NCBI GenBank assembly: GCA_946965045.2
Contig: OX337232.1
Span: forward strand, 1,612,001 to 1,676,000
Reading direction: 5' to 3'
DNA: 64,000 nucleotides
DNA from: Epithemia pelagica
Taxonomy: Eukaryota > Protista > Bacillariophyta
The first letter of the stretch is position 1; each line of letters opens with the position of its first letter. A program made the translations under genes and the position numbers. This document shows positions 10,400-20,200 of the stretch, piece after piece. A model generated the notes under the pieces. The model searched no databases, was not told where the DNA came from, and worked only from the letters and a program-made list of their open reading frames with translations.

Positions 10400-10952
10400 T
10401 AAACTCCGACTGAAACGACTAACTACGAACGTGTCTTATGACGTCAACATTACAACAGAAAGTACGGTATTGTAAACCCCAGGACCAAGAACGCATGCAG
10501 CACCACGCACGCGCAAGTAGACTCATGACTCAATGACCGGATTGCATATGGGATTGAGAGCGAATGAGTGACTAGACTCTCCAGCGGGGGACGCATGGAG
10601 GGTGAAATTGCTTCTAGAGGCAATAAAATTAAACCCTCAAAACTATTGGACGCTCGGGAGATATGGACTTCTTCATATACTACTCTCGTATAGGAGTACC
10701 TTAGAGTGTATGAGTTAGAAGTATGCTTCAGTATTGAAGACCGATAGGTATTGTACGTTTCATAGCCCCCGTTCTATATACCCCAGCGGGTCGTTTTCGA
10801 AGCGGTCGTAATTTTGGAACATAACACTCCTTCCTACTCCTACAAAAATAACACAAAAATGTACATCCTCCCACAGCCACCCTCGCTGGGGAACATACAT
10901 CCGACATGTTGTCTCGTGTTGGCCCTCGAGACTCGAGATTAGACATTAGACC

Positions 10953-11831
10953 ATGAGCGATCTCGAAGACTTTTTTGACGACGTTGACAAGGTCGCCGAA
11001 AAAGCGGCTGTGGATCGCGATGACGGTAAGATAGATGATGATCTACGCCCGACGAAGAAGCAAAAAACTGATGAACTGAATGACGGTGTGAGCACCAACT
11101 TGCAACCGGCCGTCCCAGTTCGACCCCTTGGTGTTGTTGTTGCTGCCGCGTCGTCCTACAAAGCTCCGCCCTCCCGGACGGATCAAGGTGAAACGTCGAA
11201 AGGTACCGCTACTAATTCACTTCAATTCTCCGCGTCTCCGCCTGCGGTCAGTGGAACGCAACAACAACACGGCAACTCCAGCGGCGACACGGCGAACAAT
11301 GGATGGCTACATCAACATAGCCATGGTGCGTCTCCCAACGAAGCCCCCTTTTCTCATGCAACAACCAACGGGTCTTCAGGTCCACAAGGAGTCACATCAT
11401 CGTCAGAGAATAACAATGGACAAGGCCAGAATAGCTCGAAACATGTAAGGACAGCCGGGGGCAAGACATGGGTGGACCACTCCTTGGACGATTGGCCGGA
11501 TAATGATTTCCGAATATTTGTTGGGAATCTGGCTGCCGAGGTGGGTGATGCACCGTTGTACGAGCATTTCACGAAATACGCGAGCTTACAGCGCGCCAAG
11601 ATTGTGCGAAATCATGGTGGGAAAAAGAGAGGTGAAAGCAAGGGATACGGGTTTGTTTCATTTGCCGACGCGTTGGACTGTGCGAAGGCCATTCGTGAAA
11701 TGGACCAAACTTGGCTTGGTGGTCGACCGATTCGCATCAAACGCTCAACATGGAAGGACCGCGAATTAAAAAATGTAAGAAAGTCCGAGCGGGAGAACAA
11801 GAGCCATCAAAAGAAAATGAAGCTTCTGTAG
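10953..11831 (+). CDS. RBM42: RNA-binding protein 42-like (C-terminal RRM)
   Basis: RTAGGKTWVDHSLDDWPDNDFRIFVGNL...SKGYGFVSF...LGGRPIRIKRSTWKDR matches the RBM42 C-terminal RRM. Confidence 0.85.
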   Translation: MSDLEDFFDDVDKVAEKAAVDRDDGKIDDDLRPTKKQKTDELNDGVSTNLQPAVPVRPLGVVVAAASSYKAPPSRTDQGETSKGTATNSLQFSASPPAVSGTQQQHGNSSGDTANNGWLHQHSHGASPNEAPFSHATTNGSSGPQGVTSSSENNNGQGQNSSKHVRTAGGKTWVDHSLDDWPDNDFRIFVGNLAAEVGDAPLYEHFTKYASLQRAKIVRNHGGKKRGESKGYGFVSFADALDCAKAIREMDQTWLGGRPIRIKRSTWKDRELKNVRKSERENKSHQKKMKLL

Positions 11832-12014
11832 GACGACTAGGTCGTTCATTCTTAGTCTTAGAGAAGTATGAGCAATACATATGTTTAGACATCTGAACAT
11901 GTACAACCGTTTGCCTATTAGAACATGAGAACCCTTTAGATGGAACCGAGAGCGGCCCCGAAGTGCACAATGTGAGGAAAATACCTCCAATGTTGAATCC
12001 ATCAGTTCCCCACG

Positions 12015-13277
12015 TTAAGCATCTAAACTTTGAACAAAGGATCTCAACCGCTGGATGTATTCAGCCAATTTACCCCTTCCCTCGGTTATATCATTGTGCC
12101 CTCTATCAGGAACCCACCACGGATCCCGTTGGAATTCACTGGGAACAGCGTCATGCATCTGTTTCCCGTGTGAAATATCAACTTCTTGATCCAGACAGCC
12201 ATGAATCACCATCACTGGACAATTCACGTGTTTGATCCGATCAATGTTGGGATAGATATCCAAGCATGCTAATGCCCTAACAAATGAATACGATGAGGAT
12301 TTCACAAGTCAGATTATTGTGACGAACAGACGAAGCCAAAAAACAATGAAAACATACCTGTTGGGGGTGAGCACTCGCATACCACTTGTGAAAGGGCTGT
12401 GTAAAATCATCCCTCCAATTTGGTCATTTTTGGCAGCCAGATAGCAACACGGACCACTTCCAACAGACTGCCCGTAGATAATAACGTTCTGCGGTTTCGA
12501 CTCGGCAAGATCCTCAAGTACAAATTTGTAGACGGATTCAATATCACGGTACGTGTTCCGCTCATCTGGTACTCCACCGCTCTCTCCATACCCAGAATAA
12601 TCATATACCACGACATGGCAACTGAGAGAATGTGCTATGATGACCTGTATGGGGAACATCGCACCGATATCCGTCGCATTGCCATGGCTGTAAATGATAG
12701 TTTTGGTGTCCTCCGTACACTGTTCCGCTGGAACTTGATAAATCAGTGTCGCAAGCAGAGCTCCATTTGGCCCCGGAACCTTGACTGCTCTGATACAGCT
12801 CTCTTCATATGGAGGCAGGATCAAACGCTGGTCCAGAGCCAGCCTATACGTGACACCGACTGCAACGTCTTTGTCATCTCTTATTTTGCGAACCTTTGCT
12901 CGTTTCCTCCTTTCCAGAGCTTGCTCCGATAACTCCTCCATTGGTGATTTCATTTGCTGCTGCGTTTGACCCCTGGTTTCTGCCTCCGCTAACATTACAG
13001 GTGACTCCTCGATCTCAATGGATCCCTCCCCTTCCGTCGGACGGTCACTGGATGCCTCTCCACCCTTTTGAAGCTTCCGGTATCCTTCTTCCTCTTGATG
13101 AGCATCTTCATCGTCCCCTAATAATCTGCCGTCCTTCGTGACCCTTTCGAATTTATAAAGCGCTGGTTCAGGTGGGAAAAATGTCAAAGTACTAGCAACA
13201 GTGCTTTTTCTGCATCCAGATCGAAACCACAGACAGAAAAGTGCGGATATAGCCGGAGGACAACAACAACAGCACAT
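12015..13277 (-). CDS. ABHD17: ABHD17-like alpha/beta hydrolase (depalmitoylase family); intron 12277-12357
   Basis: N-terminal Cys cluster MCCCCC; YSHGNATDIG, YDYSGYGES, YGQSVGSG nucleophile, HGCLDQEV, GHND. Confidence 0.9.
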
Positions 13278-13682
13278 ATTCTTCCGTTTCAACAACAAAT
13301 ATCCCACCCAGAGAGGATCGAGGAGACTGGTCACTCTATCGGCCTGCTGTGTTCTATACCTTCTTTGGACCTAATGAGGAAATGGTGGAGCAATTTCTGC
13401 CTCCATTTAAGCGCACCCCGACAGCAAATGGTGCTTGAGGCTGCTAAACCAACTGCGAAACCTCACACCTTGGAGAAAGAGTCCCGTAGAGAATGCGCAT
13501 GCCGTGCTTGAAAATTGCGCTATGGATGAAGATTATTTATTGGTCCACAAGCCAACAAAAATCCACTTCTATACGATGCTCAGTACACGCACGGCGCTCG
13601 CCCTCGGATGGCGATGCCAACGACAATCGCAGTACTTTCCAGCTCCGGGTAACTTCCGCTATGGTAGACTACCTCTAGCTCT

Positions 13683-15327
13683 GGTGATACGGCCAGACCC
13701 TGCATTTTAGCGGCCAAATGACCATGGTGGTCTTTAACGATTACTAGCTCAATATAGCACCTCCATAGAAATGGGATGATAGAAATCATCTTCATACAAT
13801 GCTTTAGGTCCCCACCGGGCACTTTTTCCATATCTGCCATCGTCATCGAGTTCTCTCTCATCATTGTAGGGTCATTTTTTTTGCGATTTGGCCGCTAGAT
13901 TGCCCGTTGGCCGGTACATTCACCATGCGATTTCTCCACCAATACTTGACCAATTGCCATGAAATTAAAATAAGTTATCGACCTTAGTGTAAATGAGAAC
14001 AGTATTGACCCATATAGGCTATCCCCAAGCATAGGATGCAAACGAGCTTCCACACCATTGCGTCGATTTTTCGACGTGGCACGGACCACATGAGATTAGC
14101 CTACTCATTCGTCGAAGTCAGCTCCATGAATACGGCCGCTCCAGACGTCCTACTTAGTAGTCTTTTATGTTAGGCTCTACTTTAGCAATCTGAGGTATCA
14201 GATTGATCATCGGTGATATGGCCATTGAGAAAAGGCCATCCATCGATGGACGCTTCTTTTCGACGCATCACACAGAACAGGAGTTTTTGACCAAAGGATG
14301 ACGAGACCCGGCTCCATGAATATGGCCGCTCCAGACGTCCTACTTAGTAGTCTTTTATCTTCGGCTCTACTTTAGCGATCTGAGGTATCAGATTGATCAT
14401 CGGTGATATGGCCATTGAGAAAAGGCCATCCATCGATGGACGCTTCTTTTCGACGCATCACACACAACAGGAGCTTTTGACCAAAGGATGACGAGACCCG
14501 GCTCCGTGGATATGGCCGCTCCAGACGTCCTACTTAGTAGTCTTTTATGTTCGGCTCTACTTTAGCGATCTGAGGTATCAGATTGATCATCGGTGATATG
14601 GCCATTGAGAAAAGGCCATCCATCGATGGACGCTTCTTTTCGACGCATCACACACAACAGGAGCTTTCCTCCATGGATATGGCCGCTCCAGACGTCCTAC
14701 TTAGTAGGCTTTTATGTTCGGCTCTACTTTAGCGATCTGAGGTATCAGATCGATCATCGGTGGTATGGCCATTGAGAAAAGGCCATCCATCGATGGACGC
14801 TTCTTTTCGAAGCATCACACACAACACGAGTTTTTGACCAAAGGATGACGAGACCCGGCTCCATGGATATGGCCGCTCCAGACGTCCTACTTCTTTGACC
14901 GTTACTATAGAGACTAAGTTAGGCTATACAAGTTTCAGATCCGGCGTAGGGGCCATGGTCCTCATGGTCGAGGCGATCATCCATGGACGATTATTCGTCG
15001 TGCCACGGAGCACAAGGATTTTGGACCAATGGACGATGCCATGCCAATATTCGACAATGGTCCCTCTGGACATCCTACTTTTTGCCCGTTACTATAGAGA
15101 CTATGTTAGGTTACACAAGTCTCAGATCCGGCTTAGGGGCCATGGTCCTCATGATCGAGGCGATCATCCATGGACAATCATTCGTCGTGCCACGGAGCAC
15201 AAGGATTTTGGACCAATGGACGATGCCATGCCAATATTCGACAATGGTCCCTCCGGACGTCCTACTTTTTTGCCCGTTAGTATTGAGACTACATTAGGTT
15301 ATACAAGTTTCAGAGCCGGCGTAGGGG
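13683..15327 (+). repeat. Left inverted arm: ~450-bp unique terminus, type-A tandem units (190,190,167,190 bp), then type-B units (~187 bp), interrupted by copia
   Basis: CCAGACGTCC recurs at 14141, 14331, 14521, 14688, 14878; type-B motif CCGTTACTATAGAGAC and variants recur near 14900, 15087, 15273. Confidence 0.9.
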
Positions 15328-16110
15328 TGTTAGAATTCTCACCGTCTATGGTGGTTAGATTCTACATCTCATCGATTCCCCATGTCACATAGCCTCGTGC
15401 TATCGCATCATGCCCTCTAGCTTCGAGCTATGTTTCCTAGCTTCGCGCTATATCAACCTATATTTCTTCGCAAATCATGAAAAGTGAGAATAGATTGACG
15501 AACTCACTCTCAAGACTAAACTGGGTCGTGCGGTATTACAACGGACATAAATTTGGCCGTTGCTCGGACATTATACTAACGCCCTAAGCGTACGCGCCCG
15601 AAATCATCGAGCGCGCCCAAGCGACATCCGAGCGCTATCGGCATCTATCCGATCCAACGGTCTAAGTATCCCAAGCACGACACACGATCACGCGAGACCA
15701 TATTTCCATTCCCACAATCTCCAAATTGTCAACAAGCTGCGCGCCATGAAAACAACTATGCCAACCCAAAGCAAGAGCTGTTGACCCTGTATATGTTATC
15801 CGCCCACATATACATGTCATATACATCACATGAATCAACTCCAACTATTCCAAACCTGTTGCCGCCAAGAACCTATGACACATGACCCTTGGCAGGACCG
15901 AACATTTCACGTAGACCTATCGTAGTAATCAACACACAATCTAACAATATCACCATTTATCACATCCTCTTTTGTGTCCCGACTATCCTTCTGATAGACT
16001 TCGACTTGCTTGCTTCTCTGACCCTGAGAAGCTTGTATCGGTTGGTGACCTACCTGATTGTCTGCTCTACCGAGCATCAATGTCCCTACGATTCAGAAAG
16101 AATTGTAACA
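15328..16110 (+). repeat. 5' LTR
   Basis: TGTTAGAATT...GAATTGTAACA, direct repeat of 22929-23711. Confidence 0.97.
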
Positions 16111-16124
16111 GATTAACAGTCTCA
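16111..16124 (+). promoter_or_regulatory. Putative primer-binding site complementary to the anticodon stem-loop of tRNA-Asn(GUU) (half-tRNA priming)
   Basis: GATTAACAGTCTCA directly after the LTR; reverse complement TGAGA-CTGTTAA-TC is a canonical anticodon arm. Confidence 0.65.
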
Positions 16125-16146
16125 AAGCTTATTTCCTTGTGGTTTC

Positions 16147-16926
16147 ATGGATACTAACGAGATTATCACTCCTGTACGACAGATCTATCGAGCCAACCTG
16201 CATCCCGGGCAGCCCGATACCCTGGTGCAGCAGGAACTGGTGCCGACGCCGAAGGCAGCCAACACATCGGTCAACATCTCCGTCGACAGTTCCAACAGCA
16301 ACCCATTCGAGACTCCAACCCAGCCTCACGCTCCAATCCCTGCGCCGTTGCTTCGGCCCCCGAGTCCGCCTCGTCGGCTCGTCCCTTCTCGATCCCGTCG
16401 TACCACCCGGTTGATTGCTGATCATATCAAGTACTTCCGCCAACCAACTTGTTCGACCTTCGATCCCGAGATCATCCGTGGGGAGACCCAGATCGAACGC
16501 CAGTTCCAATCGGTGACCCACATCGTCGACCAAGAAGACATTGACCGTCTGAACGACCAACTTCATCGTTCTCCGAGGCGTCGCCTCATCTTTGCCGCCC
16601 TCTCGGGCAACCCCATCCGTACTGTCCACCTTCGCTTCCTAACCTTCGAGCGCCCAACTGGATACTACAATACCATCCACGTCGTGAACGCGACGACTTG
16701 CCCTCTGCCTCCTAACGTTGTACGCCTAGATAACTACGTTGCCTACATCCACGAGGTCCATACCATCGAGGACCATCGTGCAACTATCTACCCTTTGCGT
16801 GCCGAGGTCGAGAACCACCTGGCTGAAGGTGATTCCCCTTCTTCTGTTGCATGTGCTGCCCCATCTGAGCCTGGAAGCGACTCTGATCATTCGGAAGAGG
16901 GTGAGGATTCGGAGACCGAAGCTTAA
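16147..16926 (+). CDS. Extra ORF (259 aa) of the copia element upstream of gag-pol; Pro/Arg-rich N-part, acidic tail
   Basis: ATG-initiated open frame between 5' LTR and gag-pol; no gag or pol motif recognised. Confidence 0.65.
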   Translation: MDTNEIITPVRQIYRANLHPGQPDTLVQQELVPTPKAANTSVNISVDSSNSNPFETPTQPHAPIPAPLLRPPSPPRRLVPSRSRRTTRLIADHIKYFRQPTCSTFDPEIIRGETQIERQFQSVTHIVDQEDIDRLNDQLHRSPRRRLIFAALSGNPIRTVHLRFLTFERPTGYYNTIHVVNATTCPLPPNVVRLDNYVAYIHEVHTIEDHRATIYPLRAEVENHLAEGDSPSSVACAAPSEPGSDSDHSEEGEDSETEA

Positions 16927-17246
16927 TTACTCATAGTTAACTCCCGTCCTCTCAAAACCTTTCCAAGACTTAAACTCAACGCACATCCGGGTACCCTTGG
17001 TCGCACAACACGCCACACATTCCCGTCAAATCGCGAAAATTCGGCGAAAATTTGTTGAAACTCGGCGAAAATTTGTCGAAATCAACGGAAATTTCCAGGA
17101 GTCGCACATCACAACACACATCCGGGTATCACATACGTGGTACATACGTGGCACACGTGGTACATCCGGGTTCACATCACATCACACATTAAATAAACCA
17201 CATCACACCGCACATTAAATAAACATCGAACCAACCAAATAACACC

Positions 17247-20200
17247 ATGGATCCTCAATCACCCAAGACACCTATGACTCCTAAGGGAGAAGATAACCAA
17301 GACAATGTCTCGGACACAGACCTATTCGACCACATCATATTTACTGTCTGCCAATTCTTCACCAAAGAAAGGGCCGACTACTTAATGAAGTGGATGAAAT
17401 ACCATGGTTTTGAGAACATTACCCATGTTATCTCGTATATGCAAACTAATACCGAGGAATCCATGAAGGAACTGACACAATACAAGGTCAACAAACAGAC
17501 ACATGATCTACAAGGCCCCACAAGACAGCAGATCAAGCTCTTGGCTTATTGGGCCACATACAAGACCAATGAAATTCAAGACGAGCTATCCAATAGCGAC
17601 TGGATGAACCTAACGAGGAAAGAGTTCAACACTTGGAGGATCAACACAGATTTCTCTAAGGGACCACCTAGTCAAGTCCCAGTCTCGCCAATGAAGTCAC
17701 CGTCATCTGTGAAATCTGTCAGCACAGTTACTGCCGCATCCCAATCTCAACAAGACCTTACAGCATTCAGAAAGGGAACTAAGCGCGACGCAACTGCATA
17801 CGAGGTATTCAAGGATGAACGATACTACGATTCATTCTGGCGTGTATTCAAGACTACAGCTAAGGCTCAAGGCCTATCCAACGTCCTGAATTTCAAATAC
17901 ACACCACCCCATGATGATGAGTATGCCGAAGAACTTTTTCAAGAGCAACAAGTATTTCTTTACTCCGTTCTTGTCCGTATCATTCAGACTGACCAAGGTC
18001 GAGCCTATGTACGTGAACATGAACATGATGAAGATGCGCGTGCCGTATTGCAGAAGTTACACTCTTTGCATACCGAATCCGACCTAGCAAAGCGAGAAGT
18101 CCTCCGCTTAACCAACTACATTTCCAATCTACGTCTTGACGACACATGGCGCGGAACAACACGTCAATTTCTTCTACACTTTCAAGAGCAGCTACGTTTG
18201 CTAGACAATTTAGTGACATTGTCTGATCGCATCCCTGATCATACCAGGATGACCTTCCTCATGCAAGCTGTAGAAAAGGTACCTGATCTCCGCCGAGTCA
18301 AGATCTTGGATAATGTGGTGAACACCAAATCCGGTGCAAAATCCCTTTGCTATCAATCATACTTCCGTCTCCTTCTAGACGCAGCTTATGACCATGATCA
18401 AGCAACCCAGTCATCTGTTCATAGTCGCCGTCGACATGTCAAACAACATGAATCACTATATGGCCAAGATACAGATGCTGACATAACCTCACAAGATGAT
18501 ATGGAGTATCATGTCCACAACACCAAAGCGACATCTGAATCTCCATCCTCTTCGTCCAAGGTTAGTCTACCGCGTGACCTATGGTTCAAACTTTCTGAAG
18601 AAGATCGCAAGTTGATCATTGAGTATAACAAGATGATTCAAGCACCTTCATCAACAACACCGAGGACAGTGCAAACACATGCCCTCGACATTGATCCGGA
18701 ACCTGATCCTGACCCCAACCAAGTTGCATCTGATGACGACTCACCTGGCGTAGTCCCTGAGCATTCAGATGATTCAGATCCGGTTACACAATTTATCAAC
18801 CAAGCCATGACGACTGATATCAATCACCCGGCAACTGACCTGACTAGTGTTCTTTCTAACGCCAAGTCCAAGACAAGCAAGAAGGTTACTTTCAAAGCCA
18901 ACATGCATAAACAAGCAGGACATGTCCCACGCTATCTGTTTTCCAGGAAATCTACTTTACCAGGGAATCAATTGATTGACCGTGGTGCTAATGGAGGACT
19001 TGCTGGTTCTGACATGCGCATCCTTTCTAAGACTGGCCGTCATATCACTATTGTGGGTATTGATAACCATGAACTTACTGGGCTCCCTGTCGTCACATGT
19101 GCCGCAAAGTTTGAGACCAATGATGGACCTATTGTCGGCATCTTCAATGAATATGCTTATTATGGGAAGGGCTTATCTATCCATGCTCCTGGTCAATTCG
19201 AGCATTTCGGACTTGCTGTTGATGAACGATCTGTTAAAGTTGATGGTAAACAACGCATCACTACACTTGATGGTCGTGCCATACCCCTTCACATCAAGGA
19301 TGGGTTAGCCTACATCCACTCCTTGGGTATCCCCAGCGACGATGACATGGATACCTTACCTCAGATCATCTTCACGTCACCCGACACATGGGATCCTGGT
19401 GTTCTGGACCATTCGTATTCTCCCACACCCTCTGACAATGATCCTGATTGGAAACACGTCAAGACTGATGGTAGTATGTCGAACCATCCATATGACAACT
19501 ATGGGGAGTACACTGATCGTGTTGTTTGTAACCTCAATCTCCTTTTGGATCTCCCATATGACCATGGACCTGACGACGCACCCTTCTTTTCTATCTATGC
19601 TGACGCAGAAGGTAATGATCCTACACTTCATGCCTCTGTCCACCGTCGTTACCAGGAAGCGTATGACTGGAAGAAGTTCCGTCCATTCTTTGGTTGGCAA
19701 TCTGAAGATGTTATTGCCGATACGTTCAAGCACACTACACGTAATGGTAGCATTCCTTTTGACCACGACACCCTCAAGAAACATTTCAAGGCTCGCAATC
19801 CGGTCCTTAATATACCTCGACGTCATGAACCCGTTGCTACTGACTCGGTTTTCTCCGACACCCCTGCTGTTGACCATGGCGGTAAAGTCGCACAAATCTT
19901 TGTTGGTCGAGATACTCTGGTTACTGATATCTATGGGATCAAGTCGACCAAACAGTTTGTCAATACTCTCCAGGATAACATCCGGTTTCGTGGTGCCATG
20001 GAGACCCTTATCAGTGATGGTGGTTCATCTCTCATCTCTCAAAAGGTCAAAGACATTCTTCGCACTTTGCTTATTGGGGAGTATCGATCTGAACCTTATC
20101 ATCAACACCAGAATAAGGCTGAAAACCGTTATCAGACCGTTAAACGTATGACCAACGCTCTCATGAATGCCACTGGTTGCCCTGCCAACACCTGGCTTCT

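Noticed and set aside
14100-15327. Tandem arrays as CRISPR arrays
   Set aside because: Units are ~188-190 bp and similar along their whole length, with no unique spacers or cas genes, in a eukaryotic intron-containing context
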